DNA of 63,887 nt, filler included, from a bacterium (GCA_028719205.1; 3 parts of 3 records of this genome joined end to end with filler, not necessarily neighbours in it); one strand, 5' to 3'. Positions 48,888 to 59,415 are shown, numbered from the whole stretch's first letter. Notes: generated by a model not told the origin, from the letters alone. Numbers and translations are program-made.

Positions 48888-49775
48888 TTATTTTCCCAGA
48901 TTGAATTCTTTATGGATGATCTTAAGGGCTTTGTCGGCGTCATCCTGGTTTACAACGCAGGAAATTTTTATTTCTGAGGTGCTGATCATCTGGATGTTTA
49001 TTCCGGCTTTTCCGAGGATCTGGAACATTTTCGCGGCGACGCCTGAATGGCTGCGCATGCCTATGCCTACAGCTGAAACTTTGGCGATGTTTTTATCATA
49101 AATGACTGTTTTGGCCTTGAGTTTTTTCGCCATTTTTTTCATTACAACAAGCGCTTTTTCAAGGTCATCTTTCATAACAGTAAAAGAAATGTCGTTCTTG
49201 CCGTCCTCGCCCGCGCTCTGGATGATCATATCCACGATAATATTTTCATCGGCCAGTTCACCGAAGACCTGCGCGGCTATTCCCGGCCGGTCAGGTATTT
49301 CAACGATCGAGATCTTTGCTTCTTTTTTGTCACACGCGACACCGCTAACCAATATCTTTTCCATATTTTTGTTTTCCTTTACATATTTTTCTTCAGACAA
49401 AAGCATAGTGCCCTTATCCTTTGAAAAAGTTGAACGGACACTTAAAGGTATATTATATTTTTTCGCGATCTCCACAGACCTTGAGTGCAGGACCTGCGCG
49501 CCCAAACTTGCCAGTTCAAGGATTTCATCATAAGTGACAAACGATAATTTCCTGGCTTCCGGGATTATTCTCGGATCGGCTGTGTAGATCCCGTCCACAT
49601 CGGTGTAGATCTCACAAAGATCCGCTTTTAAAGCGGCGGCTATCGCTACAGCAGTCGTATCGGATCCGCCGCGACCGAGTGTTGTTATTTCCTGATTTTC
49701 TCCTAACCCTTGGAATCCCGCGACAATAACTATTTTATCCTTAGCAAGTTCCTTCCGGATCCGGGCGCCGTTTAT
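48888..49775 (-). CDS. lysC: Aspartate kinase, 5'-truncated by contig end
   Basis: Frame is open to the contig end ([21 protein letters not shown]) and has two ACT domains. Confidence 0.95.
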   Translation of the reverse strand: MNGARIRKELAKDKIVIVAGFQGLGENQEITTLGRGGSDTTAVAIAAALKADLCEIYTDVDGIYTADPRIIPEARKLSFVTYDEILELASLGAQVLHSRSVEIAKKYNIPLSVRSTFSKDKGTMLLSEEKYVKENKNMEKILVSGVACDKKEAKISIVEIPDRPGIAAQVFGELADENIIVDMIIQSAGEDGKNDISFTVMKDDLEKALVVMKKMAKKLKAKTVIYDKNIAKVSAVGIGMRSHSGVAAKMFQILGKAGINIQMISTSEIKISCVVNQDDADKALKIIHKEFNLGK

Positions 49776-49875
49776 NNNNNNNNNNNNNNNNNNNNNNNNN
49801 NNNNNNNNNNNNNNNNNNNTTAATTAATTAANNNNNNNNNNNNNNNNNNNNNNNNNNNNNNNNNNNNNNNNNNNN
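49776..49875. other. Artificial contig spacer
   Basis: Same N/TTAATTAATTAA/N layout as the first spacer. Confidence 0.97.
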
Positions 49876-50049
49876 CATAAAATCTTCAGAAAGACGCAAA
49901 AAACTTATTATCTTTAGTAAAATTTTCATAATAACGAATTATACTCTTTTTTCTTTTAAATTTAAAGAATATTTATTAAAATAAAGCGATTAAAAGATAA
50001 AAAGTTCTTGTAAATAAACTGAGAGAGGATTCGAACAGGAAAAAAGGTT

Positions 50050-51444
50050 TTATTTTTTTGTTTCTAAACTACTCTCGCCTTTTTTAACTTCCTCGCTTAT
50101 TGTTTCTTCCGTTAATACGCGGGGAGTGACGAATACGTAGAGGTCGGTTCTTTCAATAGCGTCTTTTTTAGACCTGAAAAGATATCCCAGGAGAGGTATG
50201 TCACCCAACAAGGGAACTTTTTTTATTGTTTGAGTTTTTTTATTTTTGATCAGGCCGCCGATAACAATAGTTTTACCGTCTTTGACCTTAAGCTGGGTAT
50301 CCGCTTTGCGGGTAGAGACTATCGGCTTTTCATTTTGTCCGGACGGACCTGTTATCCAGCCGGTAATTTCGCTTACCTCCGGCACTATTTCCATAATAAC
50401 ATAACCTTCAGGGGTTATATGCGGGGTTACCGTAAGAGTTATTCCAACGTCCTGATCTGAATAACCGGTAATTTCCCAGCCGCCCCTTTGAATATTATAG
50501 GCATAGACAGGGATCGGAACAACCTCGCCGATCACGATCCTCGCCTCCTGATTATCCAATGTGGAAATGCTTGGGCTGGACAATACGTTAAAATCTGTTT
50601 TACCCTGCGTGGCTTGTAAAATCGCGGTAAAATTCGCGAAATCCAGAGCCCCAAAAGCAAATTGCCCGCTGTTTGAATAGGGGAATATTTTATCTTGAGG
50701 AAAACTTCCATCGCTAGGAGCCGGTGGGATCCCGACATTCATATTTTTGTTGGCCATTGGGAAAGTAGTAGGCACTTTTGAACCGGAAACTGCAGCCTGA
50801 ACATTCCAGTCTATTCCAAGGTTCTTATCCTGGCCTAAACCAACCTCAACAATTTTCGCCTCGATAAGCACCTGCGAAGAGGGAGTATCAAGCTGGATTA
50901 TTACATCTTCAATCTTTTTCAAATTGCCCGGCACATCGGTAACAACAAGGATCTTCGACCTGTCTTTAGTTCTTTCGCTTCCCACGCCGTTTCTTCTGAC
51001 CATAGTTTCAATGGACCCATATTGAGAGATCATCGCGCCTAAAGACGCTTTAATATTGGCGGCATCGACATGCTTTAATGTGAATACCCTGCTTTCGGTC
51101 TCTACCCCCGGCTGCCCCAATTTTATTATCCTGATAATATTATCTTTTTTTACATAATCATACCCGTTAACCCTTAATATTGAGGCAAGCGCGTCATCCA
51201 GCGTAACATTATTAAAACTTACGGTTACTTTACCTTTAATATCCGTCCCCGCTACAATATTTAACTGGAACTCCTCCGCGAGTATACGCAGGACATCGCT
51301 GATCTCCGCGTCAACAAAATCCATATTTGACAATTTTTTTTCGGATGAAGTATTTCCGCTGCCCGCGGTTTCAGAGAACGCGCGGCCAAAAGAAAAAATA
51401 CCGCAAACTAATAATATAGCGATAAAAAGTTTTTTATTTTTCAT
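50050..51444 (-). CDS. Secretin (PilQ/GspD family)
   Basis: N0 domain, QVLIEAKIVEV and KVPLLGDIPLLGYLF. Confidence 0.93.
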   Translation of the reverse strand: MKNKKLFIAILLVCGIFSFGRAFSETAGSGNTSSEKKLSNMDFVDAEISDVLRILAEEFQLNIVAGTDIKGKVTVSFNNVTLDDALASILRVNGYDYVKKDNIIRIIKLGQPGVETESRVFTLKHVDAANIKASLGAMISQYGSIETMVRRNGVGSERTKDRSKILVVTDVPGNLKKIEDVIIQLDTPSSQVLIEAKIVEVGLGQDKNLGIDWNVQAAVSGSKVPTTFPMANKNMNVGIPPAPSDGSFPQDKIFPYSNSGQFAFGALDFANFTAILQATQGKTDFNVLSSPSISTLDNQEARIVIGEVVPIPVYAYNIQRGGWEITGYSDQDVGITLTVTPHITPEGYVIMEIVPEVSEITGWITGPSGQNEKPIVSTRKADTQLKVKDGKTIVIGGLIKNKKTQTIKKVPLLGDIPLLGYLFRSKKDAIERTDLYVFVTPRVLTEETISEEVKKGESSLETKK

Positions 51445-51488
51445 TTTAATTAATTATCGGCAAATTCCCTTGATAAATTCAATATTCA

Positions 51489-51998
51489 TTAACGATTTTC
51501 ACCTTTTAACTCTATAGTATATTTTCTGCCGTTACTTAATAAAATTACCTTATTTTTTTCTATCCCGATTATTTTTCTAACACCCAAGGCATCCCCTTCC
51601 CGTAGTATCTTCCTGTCAAGGATCGCTGTCCTGCGGCCCTCTGAAAAAACTATACCGGAAAGAGTGATTTTGGAAATTTCTTCCTCATCGGCTTTTTGCG
51701 CCAGGGCCATTTCTTCCTGTCTTTTCTGTTCTTCCTGCCTTTCCTGATCCTCCCGCGCTTCCTTCTCCTGCTGTTTAGCCTGTTCCTCTGCCGCTATGGC
51801 ATTTGCCCTATCATCTAAATTTTCTTTAATCTCTTCTTTTGACTTTACTGCCGCCGGAGCGTTATTTTTTTCTAATGCCGTTTCGATCTCCATAGGAAGC
51901 CTGAACGGATCACGCCCTTTATTTTCCTGCGCGTATACGCCGGAATTTACTGTAAACATGGCGCAGACCAAAAATAGATAAATTAAATAAACCTTCAT
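51489..51998 (-). CDS. PilP/GspB-like alignment protein
   Basis: RDPF, LSGIV...A......LREGD; position between pilO and the secretin. Confidence 0.65.
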   Translation of the reverse strand: MKVYLIYLFLVCAMFTVNSGVYAQENKGRDPFRLPMEIETALEKNNAPAAVKSKEEIKENLDDRANAIAAEEQAKQQEKEAREDQERQEEQKRQEEMALAQKADEEEISKITLSGIVFSEGRRTAILDRKILREGDALGVRKIIGIEKNKVILLSNGRKYTIELKGENR

Positions 51999-52005
51999 AA
52001 ATTCC

Positions 52006-52533
52006 TCACAACATATAAATTACCGCCATCATTTCAACATTCAATTTAGGCGGCACAGTTTCATTATTTTTTACTTTAATTTCACTAATATCTATAACCT
52101 TGTCAAAATTTTTCAATTTTTTCAGATATTCCGCGATACCGTAAAATTCTCCGTTCAGCTTTATTTGTATCGGTATCTCGCTGTATTTATCCTGTTTAAC
52201 AGCCGGCATGGAATCAATCGAAACAAGATTGACACCTGTTTCGTTTGCTGTTTTTGTTAAATACTGCATTACAAGTTCAGTCTGGCCGGTTTTACAAAAT
52301 TTACCCTTTAACGAATCCAGTTCTTTATTCAATTCCTGCTCATTTTTCCCGCCTAATCTGTCTTCCAGCATTTTTTCCTCAAGAAAAACAGCACTGAGCT
52401 CCATTTTTGATCTGGAGATATTATCCAAAGCGGGCAGACAGAAAAATTTCAGCCCGATCGCCGCGGTTATTATGAAAATTATTACAGTGATCTTATTTTT
52501 ATCAGTTTTTGTTTTTGGAGTTTCCTGCTTCAT
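52006..52533 (-). CDS. pilO: PilO-like protein
   Basis: TM helix, coiled coil and Y.EIPIQIKLNG.F motif. Confidence 0.78.
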   Translation of the reverse strand: MKQETPKTKTDKNKITVIIFIITAAIGLKFFCLPALDNISRSKMELSAVFLEEKMLEDRLGGKNEQELNKELDSLKGKFCKTGQTELVMQYLTKTANETGVNLVSIDSMPAVKQDKYSEIPIQIKLNGEFYGIAEYLKKLKNFDKVIDISEIKVKNNETVPPKLNVEMMAVIYML

Positions 52534-54284
52534 TTCAATTCCATTGTTATATTAAAATTAGTTACATTTCGCCCTGAAAAATGTTCAATATTGCTTGTTG
52601 AAAGCAGAGACGCGTTTTTCAATAAAGATGAATTGCTTAAATTTGTCAAAAATCCGGTAACCAGCTGGTTTGAAACGGACCTTCCGGTTATATTAATCGC
52701 GCCTTTTTTATTCACTGATAACGTTATTATCCAAACGCCGTCAGGTATCAATCTCGATATTTCATCTAAAACACCTTTTCCCTGCCGTTCAGCATCCAAA
52801 TGTTTCAAAACATCTATTTCTTTAACCATATCAGCCATCGCGGTTAACTTCGAAAAACGGCCATTCTCCAAAATTATTTTTTGTTTATAACCTTTATCCA
52901 CATAAGACAATGCCATGTACGCGGTAAAAAAGAACAAGATAACCGCGGCGGCCGCGTACTTAATTAATCCGCCGCCCAGTTTAAAATTAAATGTAAATCT
53001 TTTTTTAGCGACTACTTTCGCTGAAAGTAAATTGATACCTTTATCTTCGCCTAAAACCGCCCCCGCGGCAACAACAAATTGAGTATCCAGCCCGCAGTTA
53101 TTTATATACGGCGCATAAACCTTTACCGCCATATTCAGTTTTTCGCTTAAGAATTTATCCAACCCGTTAAGCTTCGCGCCCCCGCCGCTTATAAATATAT
53201 TTTTAGCCTTTCCGCCGACACTCATCGAAAAATAATCAAAGGACCGTTCTATTTCAAGCGAGATCCTCTCCAGCACCGGCCTGATAATAGCAAACTCCCG
53301 CGCGTTTACACTCATCAGATCCTGTTTATTCTTTTTTAATTCTTCGGCCTCTTTAATATTGATCCTCAGGTCCTGTGAAAGAATAGCAGTAATACTGTTC
53401 CCGCCTATTGAAACCTGCCTGTTAAAGAGAAGGGACTGTCCTTTTACTATGCTTATATTAGTCTTGCCCGCCCCGATATCAATAAGCGCGGTTAATTCTT
53501 CAGGCCCTGCTTTCTCCGATTTGCCGAATACCTCCAATAAAGCAAACGGAGAAACATTAACCTTAACAGGTTTAAGCCCTGCTTTACGGATAGACGAAAG
53601 ATACGCCTGGAACTTTTTCTCCTCAGCGGCAGCCAGGATCATCTCTTCTTTTTTAGCCCCTTTATCTATAGTTTCCCTTAACACGACAAAATCTAAAATA
53701 ATATCTTTAATATTTGAAGGAATATATTTCTTTGCTTCCCATACAACCGTATTTTTGAGTTCGTCTTCAGTCATCATTGGAAGCCTGAAATGGTGGACAA
53801 AAACAAAATCACCGGAAAAAACACACCTGGCTTTTTTACATTCAGGTTTATTTTCTTTAATTATCTTCTCAAGGCCTTTGATGATCAGTTGATATTTTTC
53901 CGCGTCCGGCGTTTCAAACGGAATATCATATACCGCCGTCTCTATTTTGCCTTTTTTCACCCAAACCGCTTTTATTGAACTGCTGCCGATATCCAGCCCC
54001 AAAACGCCTTTTGTGCTCTCAATATCAAATTTACCCCCGGACTCTTTGTTGTATCCTGTTTCCAGAGAAGCTACTTTTCTAAACGTTTTTTTTAGAACGG
54101 AAGAAGGGTTACTTTCGGGCCCGCTCTTTTCATCCCCGCCAAAAATAGAAGCAACATCTTTTGTAAGGCCTGTATTCTTCTGAGGCTTAACCTCTTCAGT
54201 TATTACATCTTTCGGCTCTTCTTTGACAATATCTCCAAAGATGGAGGATATTTCCTTATTAAGCCCCGTATTTTTGTCTGACAC
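52530..54284 (-). CDS. PilM-PilN fusion with N-terminal extension
   Basis: GLDIGSSSIK, IDIGAG.T and SGGGA (actin-like PilM); INLL, TM helix and IPDGVWI (PilN). Confidence 0.88.
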   Translation of the reverse strand: MSDKNTGLNKEISSIFGDIVKEEPKDVITEEVKPQKNTGLTKDVASIFGGDEKSGPESNPSSVLKKTFRKVASLETGYNKESGGKFDIESTKGVLGLDIGSSSIKAVWVKKGKIETAVYDIPFETPDAEKYQLIIKGLEKIIKENKPECKKARCVFSGDFVFVHHFRLPMMTEDELKNTVVWEAKKYIPSNIKDIILDFVVLRETIDKGAKKEEMILAAAEEKKFQAYLSSIRKAGLKPVKVNVSPFALLEVFGKSEKAGPEELTALIDIGAGKTNISIVKGQSLLFNRQVSIGGNSITAILSQDLRINIKEAEELKKNKQDLMSVNAREFAIIRPVLERISLEIERSFDYFSMSVGGKAKNIFISGGGAKLNGLDKFLSEKLNMAVKVYAPYINNCGLDTQFVVAAGAVLGEDKGINLLSAKVVAKKRFTFNFKLGGGLIKYAAAAVILFFFTAYMALSYVDKGYKQKIILENGRFSKLTAMADMVKEIDVLKHLDAERQGKGVLDEISRLIPDGVWIITLSVNKKGAINITGRSVSNQLVTGFLTNLSNSSLLKNASLLSTSNIEHFSGRNVTNFNITMELK

Positions 54285-55038
54285 GACCTAATACCTCATC
54301 TGTAAGTTTAAAATAATCTTCGGTGCCTTTTGATTTAGCATCATAAATATTTATCGGCTTCCCCGCGCTTGGCGCCTCAGCCAGTTTAATTGTGTCATTT
54401 ATTATTGTTTCAAAAACCTTTTCCTTAAAATAACCCTTTATTCCGCTAAGCACATCTTTGCATAAATTCGTCCTCCCGTCATACAGTGTCGGAAGAATTC
54501 CTAAAATGTTAAGATTACTATTTAATCTTTTTGTGACGATATCCACCGTCTTAAATAATTGCTTCATTCCTTCCATCGGATAATATTGCATTTGAAGCGG
54601 TATAAGCAATTCCTGAGCCGCGGTCAGGGCGTTAACCGTTAAAAGGCTAAGTGACGGCGGGCAATCAATGATCATAAAATCATATTTCGGCGGCAATGTA
54701 TTCACACAGCCTTTAAATACACCTTCCCGCCCGATAGTATTTACCAGGTCAATTTCCACCCCTGAAAGGCTTAGAGTCGCCGGAGCGATATCCAGCCCGG
54801 CTACTTCCGTTTTACAGATAATTTCTTCAAGTTTAATTTCCTGATTAATAAGCACATTGTACATGGATCTTTCAATTTTATAAATATCAATTCCGACACC
54901 AAGGCTCGCGTGAGACTGGGGATCCATGTCTACCAATAAAATTTTATAGCCTTTGCTCGCGAGACATGAACTTAAATTAACGGATGTAGTTGTTTTCCCG
55001 CAGCCGCCTTTTTGATTACAAACAGCGATAGTTATCAT
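54259..55038 (-). CDS. ParA/Soj family ATPase
   Basis: NQKGGCGKTT, DMDPQ, IDCPPSL and LAEAPS.G. Confidence 0.93.
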   Translation of the reverse strand: MITIAVCNQKGGCGKTTTSVNLSSCLASKGYKILLVDMDPQSHASLGVGIDIYKIERSMYNVLINQEIKLEEIICKTEVAGLDIAPATLSLSGVEIDLVNTIGREGVFKGCVNTLPPKYDFMIIDCPPSLSLLTVNALTAAQELLIPLQMQYYPMEGMKQLFKTVDIVTKRLNSNLNILGILPTLYDGRTNLCKDVLSGIKGYFKEKVFETIINDTIKLAEAPSAGKPINIYDAKSKGTEDYFKLTDEVLGRVRQKYGA

Positions 55039-55048
55039 AATTACCTCA

Positions 55049-55447
55049 TTACCTCGTCATCCTTACCATTACTTTTCTGGTACTATTATTAACGGTACCG
55101 ACCGATGTTATTTCAATGTCGTCCTTGCCTCTATTACTCAAGGTTACCGTATAGGTTCCCGTGTATGGGACATCTCCCCCCGCTGAATAACTCAGGGTTT
55201 CATTTGTATAAAGGGAAGATACCGGTGTACTATCACTCCAGTCACTATCTGAATTAAGCGTATAAGCCGCCCTTTCAATCCCCGCTTCGGCGGTATATAT
55301 CGCCCTCTTCAAATCCCGTTCCGCGTAAGATATTTTAAAGTCTGTGGCCCGCAACACCATTACCGCGGTAGCCAAAAGGAACAGGCCGAACATTATCATC
55401 AAAACAAGAGAAACTATCGCGCCGTGTTCGTTACACCGCTTACTCAA
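55049..55447 (-). CDS. PilX-like minor pilin
   Basis: G|AIVSL hydrophobic N-terminus, A.Y.AEAGIE and ITSVG. Confidence 0.75.
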   Translation of the reverse strand: MSKRCNEHGAIVSLVLMIMFGLFLLATAVMVLRATDFKISYAERDLKRAIYTAEAGIERAAYTLNSDSDWSDSTPVSSLYTNETLSYSAGGDVPYTGTYTVTLSNRGKDDIEITSVGTVNNSTRKVMVRMTR

Positions 55448-56966
55448 AAATCTCCTCCCATTTATAAATATACGGCGCGGTGCTGGCGCCGCCGGTTAAA
55501 GCTGTGTCATAAGTAATTGTAACACTGTTAAGCTTAGGTGTTAAAGTACTGTCCAGAGTATTCAAATAAGCCTTGTATTGGAAGTATCGGCTGTTTGCCG
55601 CGTTTATATTATTCCCGGAACCGTCGGCTCCGTCCGGATCAGTAAAATAAGATGCACTCGTGCTATCGGGCCCGATATAATTTCCTGTTATAGGATTAGT
55701 ATTTCCCGACCTGACCTGAAATTTTATATCCGTGCTGTTATAAAGCGCCTCGTTCCAGTTGAATTTATTCCACCGCACAACCTGGGACGCATCCTTGACT
55801 GATGATTCATACACCCCTGAATCATAATAGGCCGTCTGCCGCTCCAGATATAAAATCACCGACCAGCCGTCGTTGCCTGATCCCCTGTATGCCACAAGAT
55901 AATTTGTCGCATCTATTCCTGATACATCCGGTTCATATCCGGTATTATCAAATTTAAACATGGTTCCCATTGTTACTGTCTTAGCAACCGTATCTACCGT
56001 TAAAATTACCGACCTGCCTGAATTTACAGGCCCGGTATATGTCAATAAATAATCCGCCGCGTCTATCTGTTCTAATGAATTGGCACTAATTGAGCCTGCT
56101 TCAAATATGAACGGTGCTCCTCTTGTTATGGTCCTTGCGGCCACATTAACTGTCAGGATCACAGCAGTACCGGCATTGCCCGAACCTTGATAAGCTACCA
56201 GATAATTTGCCGCGTCTACCTTAATTATTGCCGGAACCAAACCATTATTTGTATCATATTCGAACGGAGTACCCCTTGTTATCGTTCTGGTTGCCGTATT
56301 TACCGTCAGAATTACTGCCCAGCCGTCACTACCAGGGCCTCCATAAACTACAAGATAATTTGTCGCATCTATTTGGGCTATAGCCGGAGATACACCATTA
56401 CTTGCGTCAAATTCAAACGGCGTACCCATTGTTATTGCCTTCGTAGCCGGATTTTCTCTCAACATTACAGCCCAGCCGTCACTGCCTGGACCCGTATAGG
56501 CTACAAGATAATTTGTCGCATCTATCCTAGCTATTGCCGGAGACACACCATTACTTGCGTCAAATTCAAACGAAAAGCTTGTCGTTACGGTTCCTGCGCC
56601 TGTATTTACGGTTAAAACCTTGGACCAGCCGTCACTGCCCGGCCCTGTATAAACCAAAAGAAAGTCATCTGAATCAATCTGTGCCAAGCCGGTTCCCGAT
56701 GCCGCGCTCGCGTCAAATGTAAAAATCGTCCCGCGGGTAACTGACTTTGAACCAGTATTCGCGGTCAAAATTACCGCATTGCCGCAGTTCGCCGGCCCTA
56801 CATAGGCCGAAAGATAGTTAGTCGAATCTATCCGCGCCAAAGCCGGCTCCCTTCCTAAATTAATATCATAATCAAACGGCGTGCCTTTATTAATAGTTGT
56901 TGCGGCAGTAAAAACTCCTTTACTAAATCCGCAAATAAAAAATAGTAAAATAATTTTTTTTATCAT
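55440..56966 (-). CDS. Secreted protein with seven 51-aa repeats (putative pilus adhesin)
   Basis: Signal peptide; repeats GTPFEFDA.NG..PAIA.IDATNYLVAY.GPGSDGWAVILTVN with 153-nt periodicity. Confidence 0.75.
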   Translation of the reverse strand: MIKKIILLFFICGFSKGVFTAATTINKGTPFDYDINLGREPALARIDSTNYLSAYVGPANCGNAVILTANTGSKSVTRGTIFTFDASAASGTGLAQIDSDDFLLVYTGPGSDGWSKVLTVNTGAGTVTTSFSFEFDASNGVSPAIARIDATNYLVAYTGPGSDGWAVMLRENPATKAITMGTPFEFDASNGVSPAIAQIDATNYLVVYGGPGSDGWAVILTVNTATRTITRGTPFEYDTNNGLVPAIIKVDAANYLVAYQGSGNAGTAVILTVNVAARTITRGAPFIFEAGSISANSLEQIDAADYLLTYTGPVNSGRSVILTVDTVAKTVTMGTMFKFDNTGYEPDVSGIDATNYLVAYRGSGNDGWSVILYLERQTAYYDSGVYESSVKDASQVVRWNKFNWNEALYNSTDIKFQVRSGNTNPITGNYIGPDSTSASYFTDPDGADGSGNNINAANSRYFQYKAYLNTLDSTLTPKLNSVTITYDTALTGGASTAPYIYKWEEIFE

Positions 56967-58912
56967 CTCTCGCTCAATTCTACATGATCTGTAGAATAAC
57001 TTGTTGAGTTATATGTTCCTGAATCAAAAAGATTTTTAGTATAATCGCTGAATCCCGATATGTTTCTTATTTCCGCGGTTGAAAGCGCGCTGTTATAAAT
57101 AACAACCTCGTCTATTCTTCCTTTAAAATAGCTATTTCCAGCTCCGCCATCGTGAAAACGGGTATTGCCGTTCATGGCGATGCGAACATTCCCGCTGTGC
57201 GAATAAACCCGGCCTCCGCTCCCGTTGCCGAACTCATTTCCAAAAATATACGCCTTAAACTTGTTCGCCTCAACGATAGGATTCGCGTTATTCAATAACA
57301 AAGTAACATGATACCATGTATCCGGCCTGACATCCGTGCTGTGCCAGGTCCCTGTCCAGTCGGGCGAATAATCACCTATATCCCAGCCCCCGGCATATAA
57401 TTTATCCGACAATAAATAAATATTAAAACCTCTTGCACTATCTCCTTCTTCATACAGCACCTGCCTTGCCGTTGTACTGTCCGCCCTGAACCATAAGGCA
57501 ATCGTCCTGTTTGAATAAGGCCCGCCTGTGTTTATTAAACTTGAATTCGGGATATCAACATAATCATCTATTCCGTCAAAAATTCCGGCCCTGCCAAGCT
57601 TGCCGGCTATTGTCGTCGTCGGCCCGTTCTTTGAAGCCCCGTTAATACCATTGCCTGAATTATCCAATACATCCTCGGGCAGCCCATTCCAATTGTTTTC
57701 ATCCATATGCCATAACGCGGTAATTGTAGTATCGGATGATGCAGGAGCCCTTGAAACTTCTCTTCTCAAAGTAATAATGTTCTCCAAATTAAATGTCTCA
57801 CCGCTTTTTTCCAGTCCCATTAATATTTTCACTGATTTTATCGTGTTTCGCTTCGTCTGGGTATCCGTCCCTCCCGGCATTGTTAACAAATTATAACCGG
57901 TATCATAATAACTTATCTGAAAGGTTGTCGTGTAGCCGCCCTCTAACACAAAGCTTCTGTCATTAACAGCCAAAGTTAATTTATCGCCCGCCCCGGTCCA
58001 TGAAATTTTTGATCTCCTGACATTATTTGAAACCCGGGCCTCATCTATAATCCCGGCAAAAGGATATTGCGTGCTATCCTGATCACGGCCTATATACAGG
58101 TTATTCGAAGACACTGCTATAAAATCGCTATTATCAGCTGTGCCTTCTATAACACCGTTAATATAAACCTTAAGTTCCTCCGTTCCGCCTTCATCCTTAT
58201 TATAGCTAAGGGCTGTATGCGCCCACGAGGTTCCGTTTCTGATGACCTGTGAAGAACTTATCGCGTCGTGCCACGCCCCTGAATAATAAATGCTTCCGAC
58301 TAATTTATTTGAAGAGTTGAGATAAAGCCGGTACGCGGCGGTTTTATAAAATATCGCGCCGGTCGCGTTCCCGGGATCAGGCCGTATCCATGCCTCTAAT
58401 TCCAGTTTGGATGTAATATTCAAGGTGGCGCCATTACCACAGTCAACATAATCATTTGAGCCGTCAAAATTAAGCGCGGTACAGTCTTCGCCATTTGTCG
58501 TCCAGGCCGGTGTCGAGCCCACAGGCCCCAAACTCACGTTATTATTCCCCGCGGTATCAACGGCGTTCATCCCCGAACCGTCATTAAAATGCCAGAGACT
58601 TACAGTATAACTATCAACCGGCGGGCTATTTAAAGGAAAGGTTCCAAACTCCATCGCGGTATCCAGCGCCACTGTTATATTGCTTGCCTTTTTTAATTCT
58701 CTCTCGATCCTGTTCATAGCGAAACCCGCCTCCTGTTGAACAAGAGATTTGGGGTTTTCCACTTCCCAGACTTTTAATCCTGAAATAAATACTCCGTATA
58801 TGGCGGTAAAAATAATCGCGGATAGAGCTATGGTCAATAATAATTCTAAAACCGTTATTCCCTTATTAAAGTTGCTAATCCGCAAGAGTTTATCACTCCT
58901 TTCTCCTGCCAA
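56963..58912 (-). CDS. Minor pilin (PilW/GspJ-like) with two LamG domains
   Basis: KG|ITVLE prepilin motif; FDGSNDYV...FAGIIDEARV and FDGIDDYV...FKGRIDEV. Confidence 0.8.
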   Translation of the reverse strand: MAGERSDKLLRISNFNKGITVLELLLTIALSAIIFTAIYGVFISGLKVWEVENPKSLVQQEAGFAMNRIERELKKASNITVALDTAMEFGTFPLNSPPVDSYTVSLWHFNDGSGMNAVDTAGNNNVSLGPVGSTPAWTTNGEDCTALNFDGSNDYVDCGNGATLNITSKLELEAWIRPDPGNATGAIFYKTAAYRLYLNSSNKLVGSIYYSGAWHDAISSSQVIRNGTSWAHTALSYNKDEGGTEELKVYINGVIEGTADNSDFIAVSSNNLYIGRDQDSTQYPFAGIIDEARVSNNVRRSKISWTGAGDKLTLAVNDRSFVLEGGYTTTFQISYYDTGYNLLTMPGGTDTQTKRNTIKSVKILMGLEKSGETFNLENIITLRREVSRAPASSDTTITALWHMDENNWNGLPEDVLDNSGNGINGASKNGPTTTIAGKLGRAGIFDGIDDYVDIPNSSLINTGGPYSNRTIALWFRADSTTARQVLYEEGDSARGFNIYLLSDKLYAGGWDIGDYSPDWTGTWHSTDVRPDTWYHVTLLLNNANPIVEANKFKAYIFGNEFGNGSGGRVYSHSGNVRIAMNGNTRFHDGGAGNSYFKGRIDEVVIYNSALSTAEIRNISGFSDYTKNLFDSGTYNSTSYSTDHVELSER

Positions 58913-59415
58913 AACACTGTCACCTGAACTTTTTTGTATGTATTTATTCCTTCCGCCCAGCTGACTTGAGTAATCCTGTCCACGCGCCGGGGAGGATTCA
59001 TTTTAGACAATGATACAGCCGCACTGGAATATGAGTTTGATTCAGTAAGGTGAAGATTGCCGGAAAAAAAATTATCTGTATTTACATCGTTCAGATCCGG
59101 CAAAAAACTATCCCCGGAATTACTGCCTGTCCCTACGCTGATTTTAGTCCCGGTCAAAACGAGATTTTTTACATCTTCCATTCTTTGCTGGGCCAAATTT
59201 AGAGCGATGGATAAATTTTCCGCCTGCCTTCCGGCTCTGGATGCGGAATTAAAAATATCTATTATAGCAATCAGAGCTATACCAGTCACAGCCACAGCAA
59301 TTAATACTTCAAGCAGGGTAAACCCCGCCAGAGATTTTTTTTCTCTAACGGGGACCCTTTTAAAAATACTAAATGCTTTACACCTCAAATTGATCACTCT
59401 AATAACTTTCAGCAT
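58855..59415 (-). CDS. PilV/GspI-like minor pilin (start uncertain)
   Basis: AG|FTLLE, ALNLAQQRME and KKVQVTVFW. Confidence 0.8.
   Translation of the reverse strand: MLKVIRVINLRCKAFSIFKRVPVREKKSLAGFTLLEVLIAVAVTGIALIAIIDIFNSASRAGRQAENLSIALNLAQQRMEDVKNLVLTGTKISVGTGSNSGDSFLPDLNDVNTDNFFSGNLHLTESNSYSSAAVSLSKMNPPRRVDRITQVSWAEGINTYKKVQVTVFWQEKGVINSCGLATLIRE

Noticed and set aside
49876-49929. Possible gene start MKILLKIISFLRLSEDFM on the minus strand
   Set aside because: Only 18 codons before the contig end; cannot be supported.
50019-50040. tRNA-like GTTCGAATC on the minus strand
   Set aside because: No acceptor, D or anticodon arms can be formed.
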